The translations under genes and the position numbers were made by a program. Source: Roseibacillus sp. (GTDB taxonomy: Bacteria > Verrucomicrobiota > Verrucomicrobiia > Verrucomicrobiales > Akkermansiaceae). Taken from it: a DNA stretch of 64,000 nt. The stretch spans positions 1 to 64,000 of the forward strand of contig CBDEUM010000037.1 in NCBI GenBank assembly GCA_965242925.1, given 5' to 3'. The notes under the pieces were generated by a model, which had not been told where the DNA came from, made no database searches, and saw only the letters and a list, made by a program, of their open reading frames with translations. This document shows, piece after piece, positions 38,459-47,814 of the stretch (position 1 is its first letter; each line of letters begins with the position of its first letter).

Positions 38459-40006
38459 CTAGCGTCTACGGAACCCTCCGAGGAAAGAGTTGAGGTATTG
38501 CTGCACCGCAGGCTGCTCATCCTTGTCGAGGATCCTGTTTCCATTCTTGTCAAAGCGCGAGAAGATGCGGGAGCGCATCCGGCCCGGGACCTCTTCATAC
38601 TGGATGAGTCCGTCGCCGTCTTCATCGTAGTTCTTGACGTTGAGGAAGGTCCGGCTGGCCTGCTGGATGGCCTGGGCGGCGCTGGCAATGAGCTGGCCGC
38701 GCTGGGCGTCCGTGATGGCCTTGATCTTGCTGTTGTCCTCCGGCACCACGATCAGGGTGACGCTTCCCATTTCATCATCCGATTCCTGGCCCCAGGTGAT
38801 GCGGCGGGGCGGGCTGTTCGGGTTTTCCGGATTGCTGGCTGAGTTATCATAGACCAGACGGGTCTTGAGCACGGTTCCGGCCGGCAGGTCGAGGGGTTTC
38901 TTGAACTGGTAGCGGTCCTGCCAGTCGAGGTCCCAGTCCGTGATATCCATCAGGCTGATCTCCTTGCCGCCCGGGAGGGTGGCGGTCATGGACATGGAGC
39001 GGCAGATGTAGTGGGCATGACCACCGACCGAGACCGCCTTGACCGGAACAGGAAGAGTGATGCTGTCCTCCACCACGTAGTTCTGTTCTCCCGCCGGAAT
39101 ATTGATGCCTCGGGTGGCACCGAAGAAGGGCGGAATCTGGATGGGAACGAGATTCACCTCGGGGGCCTTCTTGGCAAAGTAAAGGGCCAGTTCGGCCTCC
39201 TCCACCTCCTTCTTGCCGGAGGGGTGGAAGTGGGTCTGCATCACGACGTCCGAACCCTTGGGAAGAAACATTGCGAGATCGCCGGGGAGCTTGGCCGGGG
39301 TGGCACCAGGAACGTGGCCACCCAGGCCTCCGTTGCCTCCACCGAAGGCTGCCGCCGGGTCGGTGATGCCGCCCGCCTGGCGGAGGAACCCCATTCCGCT
39401 GATCCCGGCCTTGCCGTCGCGCCCGTCCAGTTTCCGGGCCGCTCCATTGGTATCAATGAAGAAGAGGGCATGGTGGACCGCAGACTTGGCTCTGGGGCGG
39501 AGTTCCACCGCCTTGACCCACTTGTCCTCGGTGAGCTGGAGCGGGAAGACAAAAGAACGATAGATATCCCTTCCGTCGGCGGGAACTTCGAACTTCCCCT
39601 TCATCTTGACCACGAGGTCGGGTTTCCCGAGGTACCAGCCGCTGGGATACTCTGGTGCCTTCGGCGCCTTGCGGGGATCGCCCTCGGGAGTTCCTGCCTT
39701 TACCCACGCGCTGAAGAGATCGATCTCTTTCTCGCTGAGACGCCGGTCGTTGGCGTAGTGCAGGTTCTTGTTGACCGGTTTCCAGGGAGGCATGAAGCGG
39801 TCCAGGAGGACGTCTTCGATGGTGAGGGCACGCTTTTTCACGTCCCGGTAACTGATGAGCTGGAAGGGGCCGCTCTGGCTGGGGCGATGACAACCGGTGC
39901 AATTCTCATGGATGAGCGGTGCGATGTGCTCGTTGAAGGTGACCTTGGCGGACAGGGAGGGAGGGAGGACAAGGAGAAGGAGCAGGAAAGAAGAGATTCT
40001 GGTCAT
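38459..40006 (-). CDS. Cytochrome c + copper type II (PHM/DBH-like) monooxygenase-domain protein with C-terminal EF-hands
   Basis: CTGCH; MPPW; VHHAL; QTHFH; GHAHY; WDLDWQ; DEMG; DEDGDGLIQYEE and DKNGNRILDKDE. Confidence 0.82.
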   Translation of the reverse strand: MTRISSFLLLLLVLPPSLSAKVTFNEHIAPLIHENCTGCHRPSQSGPFQLISYRDVKKRALTIEDVLLDRFMPPWKPVNKNLHYANDRRLSEKEIDLFSAWVKAGTPEGDPRKAPKAPEYPSGWYLGKPDLVVKMKGKFEVPADGRDIYRSFVFPLQLTEDKWVKAVELRPRAKSAVHHALFFIDTNGAARKLDGRDGKAGISGMGFLRQAGGITDPAAAFGGGNGGLGGHVPGATPAKLPGDLAMFLPKGSDVVMQTHFHPSGKKEVEEAELALYFAKKAPEVNLVPIQIPPFFGATRGINIPAGEQNYVVEDSITLPVPVKAVSVGGHAHYICRSMSMTATLPGGKEISLMDITDWDLDWQDRYQFKKPLDLPAGTVLKTRLVYDNSASNPENPNSPPRRITWGQESDDEMGSVTLIVVPEDNSKIKAITDAQRGQLIASAAQAIQQASRTFLNVKNYDEDGDGLIQYEEVPGRMRSRIFSRFDKNGNRILDKDEQPAVQQYLNSFLGGFRRR

Positions 40007-40250
40007 GGATGGGTGGGGCGGGGGATACCATAGAAACACCGTCGCAGGAACAGAGTTTTGGTTAATCTATTCGGCAATTCTGGCGAAGAAGCGGCAAATC
40101 GCGGTGAATTGAGGCTGGAATTTCAGGGAGGTTCCCGGAGCTGGTTGTTCTCAGGCTGGACAATTCCGCTTTCAGGGATTGGTCATTGAATGACGGGGCA
40201 AATGAGGGAAAATGGAGGAAGTTCCTTCACCCTTAGTTTTCTCACCCTTC

Positions 40251-43200
40251 ATGAGACGAGTTGCGCTTGCAGCGATCGTGCTGTACTCACTGCCCGCTTC
40301 CGCTGCGGATGGCTTGCTGGGCTACTACCGGCAGCCTGCCCTGCACGGGGACACGGTGGTCTTCTACGCCGAGAGCGATTTGTGGAAGATCCCTGTTCAG
40401 GGGGGGGTAGCCCGGCGTTTGACCACTCATCTCGAACGGGAACGTTTCCCGTGCATCAGTCCCGACGGCAAGACCGTGGCCTTCACCGCCTCCTATGACG
40501 GAACGCATGAGATCTATCTCATGCCGCTGGAGGGCGGTCGGCCAACCCGGCTGACCCATGAGGGTGTCAGTGGTCAGCGTGGTCCGCGACCGGTTTTCTG
40601 GAAATCCAACCGTGAACTGGTCTACGCCACCTGGTACTTCGCGCGACGGGATACGCACCAGCTGGCAGTCCTCGATATTGAGAGTGGAAAGAAGCGGGTC
40701 ATTCCCCTCGAGCAGGCTAGTGACGGTGAGTATGCCGGTGATGGGAAGACACTTTTCTTTGCCCGCCTGCCCCGGCAGAAAAGCTTTGCCAAGCGCTACC
40801 GGGGTGGATTGATCGAGAACCTCTGGCGGTTTCGGACTGGCGACAAGGAGGCCGTTCCGCTGACTGCCGATTATGACGGGACAAGCCGGGATCCCATGGT
40901 GTGGGAAAAGCGTCTCTATTTTTCGACCGACCGCGACGGCACGATGAACCTGTGGTCGATGAACCTGGAGGGGAAGGATCTGAAACAGCACACCGACTTT
41001 GTGGGTTGGGACGTGCTCTCTCCTTCGCTGGACGGAGGCCGGATCATCTTCCGCAACCGGGCGGATATCTGGATCTACGACGTGAAGCGGGACTCCGCGA
41101 GCAAACTCGATATCCGTCTGGCGACCGACTTCGACCAGAGGCGCGAACGCTGGGTGGGCAACCCGTTGTCCTACCTCAACTCCTGGTTCCTCTCGCACGA
41201 CGGCAAGCGGGTGGGTCTCACCATCCGCGGGCGTGGTTACGTGGTGCCGGTCAAGCCGGGTCGCGTGGTCCGTCTGAAGCAGAAAGTGGAGAGCCGCACC
41301 CGGGACCTGCGCTTTCTTCCGGGAACCAGGGACATGATCTATCTCTCCGATCAGAGTGGGGAGATGGAGTTCTGGCGGCAACCGGCGGACGGCCTGGGGG
41401 AGCCCCTGCAGGTAACGACCGGGGGCACAACCATGCGGCATGACGGTATTCCTTCTCCGAATGGCAAGCTCCTCGCCCACACCGATCGCAACCAGGTTTT
41501 GTGGATGCGGGACCTTGCCAGTGGGGTCGAATGGAAGGTGGCGCGCTCGCGGGAGGGTAACGAATGGGATTACATCGATCTCACCTGGTCGCCGGATAGT
41601 CGCTGGATCGCCTTCGCGGACATGATGGAGAATCAGACCCAGCAGATTTTTCTCTACGATACCGGGACGAAAACGAGGCCCGTTCCGGTGACCACTGCGC
41701 GGCTGGACAGCTACAGTCCGGTCTTCGGGCCGGGTGGAAAGTGGCTCTACTTCCTCTCCGACCGCACCTTTCGCTCGGTGCAGGGATCGCCCTGGGGTGC
41801 CCGGCAACCGGAGCCGCTTCTGGACAAGACCACAGGCATCTTCGCCCTCGACCTGATCGGTGGCCAGCGCTCTCCGTTCCTGGTCAAGGACGAGGGAGAG
41901 GCACCCGGATCGGGGGAGGAAGGAGCAAAGAAGGAGGAGGTCAATCTGGACGGGATCGAGAGCCGGCTGGTGGTGGTTCCGGTGGAAGCGAGCAACTACC
42001 GTTACCTTAGCAGGGCGCGGGGCAATCTCTTCTGTCTTTATTCCTCGCTTTCACTGAGCCGGAAGTCGGGACTGGTGTCGTTTCCCATCACGGCAGATGC
42101 CACCAGGCATAAGTGGACCACCGTAATGAGTGATGTCCGGGGCTTCGAGATTTCGGGAGATGGAACGACCTGTCTGGTGCGCAAGGGTGACAGCTTTTAC
42201 GTCTTTGCGGCCACCGGGAAGGCGCCCAGCAACCCGACCCAGGCCAAGCTCAATCTTGGTGGATTATCACTCAGCGTGAGTCCGGCGGAGGAATGGCGCC
42301 AGATGTTCGTGGATGCCTGGCGCATGCATCGCGACTACTTTTACGATCCGAAGATGCATCGGGTAGACTGGGAGGCAGCGCGCCGCAGGCACGAGCTTCT
42401 TCTTCCGCGTTTGACCAGTCGTTGGGAACTCGATGATCTCATTGGCCAGATGGTCGGTGAACTATCGGCCATGCACACGGACATTTATTCGGGTGACATC
42501 CGTGATGCCACCGACGGATCGAGTCTTGGTCACCTGGGCGCGCAATTCTCGAGGGCGGAGGAAGGCTTCCGGATTGACCAACTGTACGAAACCGATCCCG
42601 ACTATCCGGCGGAGGAGGGACCACTCCTCAGGGCTGGAGTGGAAATGCAGGTGGGTGATGTGATTCTCTCGGTAGATGGGGTGCCCGCTGCTTCGGTGCG
42701 GGAGATTGGGGCTCTCCTCAAGAACAAGGCGGGTCGGAAAGTGCTCCTCGAATCGCGTCGGATCGGGGTGGGAGGAACGCGCAATTCCATCGTGGTTCCT
42801 CTTACCGTGAGCGGATTCCGCAATCTGAAGACCAGTAACTGGGAATACACCCGGCGCCTGGAAACCGAGGAGAAGGGGAAGGGTGAAATCGGCTATTTCC
42901 ACATGCGTGGAATGTCAGCCTCCAACTATGCGGAGTTCGTCAAGGGATACTATCCGGTTTTCAATCGGAAGGGACTCATCATCGACATGCGCCAGAACTA
43001 TGGCGGCAATATCGACAGCTGGATCCTGGGTCGGTTGAGCCGCAAGCCCTGGATGTATTGGAAAACCCGTACCGGACGACCGTTTGCCAACATGCAGTTT
43101 GCCTTCAACGGACATATGGCTGTGTTGGTCGACGCCTATACAATCTCCGACGGAGAGGCCTTCTCGGAAGGGTTCCGGCGTCTTGGCCTGGGCCCGCTGA

Positions 43201-43505
43201 TCGGGACCAGGACCTGGGGAGGTGGAATCTGGCTGCGGAGCGCCACCCGGCTGGTTGACGGCGGCATGGCACGCAGTCCTGAGACCGGTGTCTACGCTCC
43301 CGACCGCACCTGGATCATCGAAGGGACGGGACTGCAGCCTGACATGGTGGTGGACAACCTGCCGCATGAGACTTTCCGGGGGCGGGATGCCCAGTTGGAG
43401 GCGGCCCTGGCCTACCTGCGGAAGAAGATCGAGGAGGAACCACCCAGGATTCCGACGCCGCCCGATCGACCGGACAAGTCCTTTCGTTATCCGGTCCGTC
43501 CCTGA
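40251..43505 (+). CDS. Tricorn protease homolog (S41B)
   Basis: PD40 propellers; EWRQMFVDAWR; GELSAMH; PDZ; IIDMRQNYGG; SDGE; GTRTWGG. Confidence 0.92.
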   Translation: MRRVALAAIVLYSLPASAADGLLGYYRQPALHGDTVVFYAESDLWKIPVQGGVARRLTTHLERERFPCISPDGKTVAFTASYDGTHEIYLMPLEGGRPTRLTHEGVSGQRGPRPVFWKSNRELVYATWYFARRDTHQLAVLDIESGKKRVIPLEQASDGEYAGDGKTLFFARLPRQKSFAKRYRGGLIENLWRFRTGDKEAVPLTADYDGTSRDPMVWEKRLYFSTDRDGTMNLWSMNLEGKDLKQHTDFVGWDVLSPSLDGGRIIFRNRADIWIYDVKRDSASKLDIRLATDFDQRRERWVGNPLSYLNSWFLSHDGKRVGLTIRGRGYVVPVKPGRVVRLKQKVESRTRDLRFLPGTRDMIYLSDQSGEMEFWRQPADGLGEPLQVTTGGTTMRHDGIPSPNGKLLAHTDRNQVLWMRDLASGVEWKVARSREGNEWDYIDLTWSPDSRWIAFADMMENQTQQIFLYDTGTKTRPVPVTTARLDSYSPVFGPGGKWLYFLSDRTFRSVQGSPWGARQPEPLLDKTTGIFALDLIGGQRSPFLVKDEGEAPGSGEEGAKKEEVNLDGIESRLVVVPVEASNYRYLSRARGNLFCLYSSLSLSRKSGLVSFPITADATRHKWTTVMSDVRGFEISGDGTTCLVRKGDSFYVFAATGKAPSNPTQAKLNLGGLSLSVSPAEEWRQMFVDAWRMHRDYFYDPKMHRVDWEAARRRHELLLPRLTSRWELDDLIGQMVGELSAMHTDIYSGDIRDATDGSSLGHLGAQFSRAEEGFRIDQLYETDPDYPAEEGPLLRAGVEMQVGDVILSVDGVPAASVREIGALLKNKAGRKVLLESRRIGVGGTRNSIVVPLTVSGFRNLKTSNWEYTRRLETEEKGKGEIGYFHMRGMSASNYAEFVKGYYPVFNRKGLIIDMRQNYGGNIDSWILGRLSRKPWMYWKTRTGRPFANMQFAFNGHMAVLVDAYTISDGEAFSEGFRRLGLGPLIGTRTWGGGIWLRSATRLVDGGMARSPETGVYAPDRTWIIEGTGLQPDMVVDNLPHETFRGRDAQLEAALAYLRKKIEEEPPRIPTPPDRPDKSFRYPVRP

Positions 43506-43574
43506 AAGGTGGGGTTGGGTTGCCGGAACCGGCAGGTGGCCCAGGGACGTGAGAAGTGGGTAACAAGAAAGCGA

Positions 43575-44405
43575 CTAGAGCTGGTAGGCACGCTGGCAGG
43601 TCTCGTGCAGGACGGCGTTCTGCTCCCCGACGCTCAGTTCAGCCACGTAGGCGCGGACGGAACTGGCCCATTGCGCGTAGGAATCGATTCGCAGGAGGCA
43701 GACCGGCCAGTCGGTGCCGAAGCAGAGTCGCCCGGCACCGAACATTTCGAGTGATTCGTCGAAGTAGTTCTTGAGAGTCGCTTCGCTGATTGTCTCGTCA
43801 GTCACCTCGGTGACCATTCCGCTGATCTTGACTGCGAGGATGTTGTCCCGTTCCGCGAGGGCGGCCATGCCCTCCCGCCACCCGCTCTCGATACGTCCAT
43901 TGTGAATCTCGGGTTTGGCGATGTGGTCGATGACGAAGGGCTGGTCGGGGTGGCGGTCGACAAACTCGATGGTGGGGGGGAGATGTTTCTGGAAGATGAG
44001 GATGTCGTAGACCAGGTCGTGGTCCCGGAGCCTCTCGATACCCCGATTGAATTCCGTGCCCAGAATGAAGCTGTCGTCCGGTTCATCCTGCACCACGTGC
44101 CGGACGGCCTTGAACTTGCGGTGATTACTCAACCGTTCGAGGTGTTCCTCCACCTTCCCGTCGGCGAGGGGCACCCAGCCTACCACGCCCTGGATGCGGT
44201 CACAGTCCTCCGCCAGCTCCAGGAGCCAGTCGGACTCCTCGATGGTCTGGCGAGCCTGAACCACCACCGTTCCGGAGACCCCGGCGGCATCGGTATTTGT
44301 GATCAGGTCGGGGATGAGGTAGTTCCGGGCAAGGACGGAGTCAGGAGTGATCCAGGGATACTGCCTCGGATCGTAATTCCAGAGGTGATGGTGGGCATCG
44401 AGCAT
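43575..44405 (-). CDS. Amidohydrolase_2 sugar lactonase (L-fucono/L-galactono-lactonase-like)
   Basis: DAHHHLW, VVQA, VRHVVQDEPD, DHIAKP, KISG, FGTDWPV. Confidence 0.88.
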   Translation of the reverse strand: MLDAHHHLWNYDPRQYPWITPDSVLARNYLIPDLITNTDAAGVSGTVVVQARQTIEESDWLLELAEDCDRIQGVVGWVPLADGKVEEHLERLSNHRKFKAVRHVVQDEPDDSFILGTEFNRGIERLRDHDLVYDILIFQKHLPPTIEFVDRHPDQPFVIDHIAKPEIHNGRIESGWREGMAALAERDNILAVKISGMVTEVTDETISEATLKNYFDESLEMFGAGRLCFGTDWPVCLLRIDSYAQWASSVRAYVAELSVGEQNAVLHETCQRAYQL

Positions 44406-44495
44406 GGGCCGGCGTCCAGGGTGAGGGTCTGGCGGGACCTTGTTAGGCGGGGGCGCCTCTGCTGTCCAGTGCTTCCCGCGTGCTCTGGGTTCCTC

Positions 44496-45767
44496 TCATT
44501 GCCGGGGCCGGTCTTCCTCTTCAAGGAAGAGAGGCACCATGTGGCGCTGATAAATGTTTTCGGTGACGTTCTTTCCTATTACTCCGGCATTGGCCTTGAG
44601 TGCGTCGAGGTAGGTGTCGCCGAGTTGTGCGGCCACCTTGAAGCCCACATGCAGGAGCTGGCGGAAGTGCTGGTTGTAGGCCGGGTTGCTCTGGTCATGG
44701 CGAAGGGCGTCCGTGTACTGTCCACTGGTCCATTCGTTGACTTCCTCCGCGCCGGGCAGTTTTGAATCATCAACATCGATGACGGTGGCGTAGGGCTCGC
44801 AGAGGGCCTCTTTCTTCTCGAGGGCGGTGGCATAGATCTGTTTGGCAAGGGCGAGGGCTTCACCGCCGGCTTCCGCCAGGCCGATCAGTTCCTCGAGCCA
44901 GGTGGTGCCTGCGGTCTTGATGTGAAGGCCGGCGCCGGTGCGGGCCAGGGCACGCCTGATGGGCCCGTAGATGGAGAATTTGTCGGAACCGGAGTGCACG
45001 CTGAGTTTCAGTGTTCCGGGAAGGCCGTAGGCCTTGATGGCGTGGGCGATGACTGCGAGGTCGTCGTTGAATTCCTGTTCGAACCGGGCAAGGTCGCCGA
45101 CGTAGTCGACTCCCTTGTTGAAGCGACCGGTGAATTTTGGGGCGATGGTTTGGATGGGGAAACCCTGGTCGGCAATGGCGGCGAGAATGACGAGCATCTC
45201 GGGGGGTGTCTGGGGATCATCAGTTTCATCCATGGACACCTCGGCGATGAAGTCCTCGCCGTCCTTTGCCCCGGCAATGTGGCGATAAATGCGTCCGGCG
45301 AGTTCGCAGGCCTTGAGGAACTGTCTGGCGGTCTTTTCAACGTCTTCTCGTGTGATCCGGAGGGGAGCCGCGATGCCTTCGATCTCGATGGTTCCGATCA
45401 ACTCGGGGTGCCGGTCGATGAAGGTCGCGATTTCCTCGGGAGCGGCTGGCGTGCCGATGTCGTCCGCAACGTCGATGGTATAGAAATCACAGTGGGGCAG
45501 ATAGCGGTCAACGGTTCCGAGATTGATATGATCCGCGTCCAGGAGGTAGTCGGAGGTCCAGCCGAGGCTGGACACTGCGGCATCGGCGGCGGCACGCGTG
45601 CCCGCCGGGTCGGAATCGACGATGAGGTGTTCGCGATTGGACTTGTTCCAGACCGGGGTAACCGGAATGCCCCGGTCGGCGAGCTGCTGGAAGGCCCGGA
45701 GTTGGGCCTCCGCCTGGTGGGCGAAGCGGTCGCCGACTCCGAAAGTGAATTTATCGATGGTTTTCAT
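44496..45767 (-). CDS. uxaE: Tagaturonate/fructuronate epimerase family protein
   Basis: FGVGDRF, DADHI, EVSMDET, APKFTGRFNKGVDY, KLSVHSGSDKF, HIKTAGTTWLE. Confidence 0.88.
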   Translation of the reverse strand: MKTIDKFTFGVGDRFAHQAEAQLRAFQQLADRGIPVTPVWNKSNREHLIVDSDPAGTRAAADAAVSSLGWTSDYLLDADHINLGTVDRYLPHCDFYTIDVADDIGTPAAPEEIATFIDRHPELIGTIEIEGIAAPLRITREDVEKTARQFLKACELAGRIYRHIAGAKDGEDFIAEVSMDETDDPQTPPEMLVILAAIADQGFPIQTIAPKFTGRFNKGVDYVGDLARFEQEFNDDLAVIAHAIKAYGLPGTLKLSVHSGSDKFSIYGPIRRALARTGAGLHIKTAGTTWLEELIGLAEAGGEALALAKQIYATALEKKEALCEPYATVIDVDDSKLPGAEEVNEWTSGQYTDALRHDQSNPAYNQHFRQLLHVGFKVAAQLGDTYLDALKANAGVIGKNVTENIYQRHMVPLFLEEEDRPRQ

Positions 45768-45863
45768 TGGTAGATTGTCGAATCGCCAGGGCAATGAAGC
45801 CCGTTAAGAATCATCCTTTGGTGAGTGCGATCTGGCAGAGCGGTTCCCGGGGTTCCGGAAGGC

Positions 45864-46802
45864 TTAGTTATTTTCAGGGAGGCCCTCGAGATGGCCGATG
45901 TTCCTGACGGGTTCAAAGATCCTGAGGACGGCGGCAAGAAGGTCTTCGGGGATGGGTTTCTCGAGCCACTCGGCCCACTTGCGCACATTTTCAGGATTGG
46001 CCGACCCCGCCACGCAGGTGGCGATGTCTTCGTGGGCACAGGAAAACTGGAGGGCGAGTTGGGCGATATCAACTCCCTCGCCTTCGCAGAGTTTCGCGGC
46101 TTCACGCGCAGCGTCCTTCACTTCCTCCGGTTCTTTGAGCCAGTCGGGAAGCGGGGCGTTGGTGAGCAGGCGGGCGGAGAACGGCCCCGCGTTTATCACT
46201 CCGAGGTCTTTCTCCAGGAGGCGCGGGAGCAGACTGTCGGCCAGGGCCGTGTTCTGCAGGGTGTACTGGTTGTAGGAGAGGATGCAGTCGAGTTGATCCC
46301 CGGCGTGGTCGAGGACCTTGTGAAAGGTTTTCATGGGGTAGCAGGAAAATCCCACCGCCCGCACGAGTCCCTTCTCCTTCAGGGCAAGGGCGGCGGGGAT
46401 GGTCTCTTCCCAGATCTGCGGAAGTTCGACGAACTCGACATCATGGAGAAGGAGAATGTCGAGGTGGTCGGTGCCGAGACGGTGAAGGGAAACATGCACG
46501 CTCTCCTCGACGCGGCGGGCAGAGAAGTCGAAGTGAGTGAGTGAATAGCGACCCAGTTTCGTGCCGAGCAGGTAGGAGTCCCGCGGAACATCCCGGAGTG
46601 CAATGCCAAGCAGGACCTCCGACACGCCGCGGCCGTAGAAGGGTGAGGTGTCGATGAAATTGATCCCCAGGTCGAGGGCCATCCGGACCGAGGCGAGCGC
46701 TTCCTCCAGGCGTACGGGCCGGAACTCCTGGCCGAGCGAGGATGCCCCGAAGCCGAGGATGGGGAGGTCGAGGCCGGTTTTGCCGAGAGGGCGTGATTTC
46801 AT
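45864..46802 (-). CDS. Aldo/keto reductase, L-galactose/L-fucose dehydrogenase-like
   Basis: LGFGASSLG, DTSPFYG, TKLGRY..FDFSA, LLHDVEF. Confidence 0.85.
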   Translation of the reverse strand: MKSRPLGKTGLDLPILGFGASSLGQEFRPVRLEEALASVRMALDLGINFIDTSPFYGRGVSEVLLGIALRDVPRDSYLLGTKLGRYSLTHFDFSARRVEESVHVSLHRLGTDHLDILLLHDVEFVELPQIWEETIPAALALKEKGLVRAVGFSCYPMKTFHKVLDHAGDQLDCILSYNQYTLQNTALADSLLPRLLEKDLGVINAGPFSARLLTNAPLPDWLKEPEEVKDAAREAAKLCEGEGVDIAQLALQFSCAHEDIATCVAGSANPENVRKWAEWLEKPIPEDLLAAVLRIFEPVRNIGHLEGLPENN

Positions 46803-46840
46803 CACTGGAGTTTCTGACTTTCAGTCACAGGTGATGGTCT

Positions 46841-47653
46841 TCAACTGGTCAGGTCGTGGAAGGCCCTGATGGTTTGGCGGGCGGCGGTGTCCGGATCAGG
46901 AAGAGGGAAAATCTCGGCGGAGAGATAACCGTCGTAGCCGATCTCCCGCAGGGCGGTGAGGACGGAGGTCATTTCGGTGTGACCAGATCCGATGGCCTGA
47001 CGGTTGGAATCGGCAAAGTGGACGTGTCCCACTTTCGATCCGGCGGCACGCAGAGCCTCCCCGAGGTCGGGTTCCTCGATATTCATGTGGAAGAGGTCGG
47101 CGAGGAGGACAGTGTGATCCAGTTTGTGCTGATCGAGGTAGGCTGCTGCAGGGGCGAGTTGATTGAACTGGTTGGTTTCGTAACGATTGAGAGGTTCGTA
47201 GATGAAGGTCACCCCGTGCCGTGCAGCGCGCTCATCGGCAGCTTGCAGGGCTTCAGTGAGCCAGACCAGCGATTGATCCCGTGAAACTTCTCCTCCCCAC
47301 TTGCCCTGCATCGATCCGAGAATGGCGGGGGCTCCCAGTTGTCCGCCGAAGTCGATCATGGAGAGGACGAAATCAAGGGCTTCCGTGCGTCGTCCGGGGT
47401 CCGGGTCGGTGAGGGAGAGTCCGTGCTGGACCATGCCGGCCCCGGTGCCAACCGCCGCGATGCCAAGGTCGTGTTCGGTGGCCATGGATTTCACGGATTC
47501 CAGATCGATGAATTCCGGACCCGGGAGGAAGAGTTCGACGGCGTCAAAGCCCAGTTTGCCTGCCCGCGCAAAGCCGTCGGGGAGGGATTGGTGAAAGACG
47601 AAGGGGCCAGCCTTGGCCTCCGGAACCTGCGCGAGGGTTATGGCGGACTTCAT
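46841..47653 (-). CDS. Xylose-isomerase-like TIM barrel ketose/ketoaldonate epimerase (IolO/TM0416-like)
   Basis: GFDAVEL, EPLNRYETN, DLFHMNIEE, HVHFADSNR, GYLSAE. Confidence 0.8.
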   Translation of the reverse strand: MKSAITLAQVPEAKAGPFVFHQSLPDGFARAGKLGFDAVELFLPGPEFIDLESVKSMATEHDLGIAAVGTGAGMVQHGLSLTDPDPGRRTEALDFVLSMIDFGGQLGAPAILGSMQGKWGGEVSRDQSLVWLTEALQAADERAARHGVTFIYEPLNRYETNQFNQLAPAAAYLDQHKLDHTVLLADLFHMNIEEPDLGEALRAAGSKVGHVHFADSNRQAIGSGHTEMTSVLTALREIGYDGYLSAEIFPLPDPDTAARQTIRAFHDLTS

Positions 47654-47814
47654 GATGCGGCGGAGGGGGAGGGGTGGATCTTGGATGCAGGGGAGTCAAG
47701 GGATTTCCGGAAGGATCGCGATGGTGCTCGACGGTCGGGTTTGACAGAGTAGAAGAAGGCCGTGGCATCTGCCTGTGAAATGGACAGGCTTCGCATCGTA
47801 GGAGAGGTATCCAG

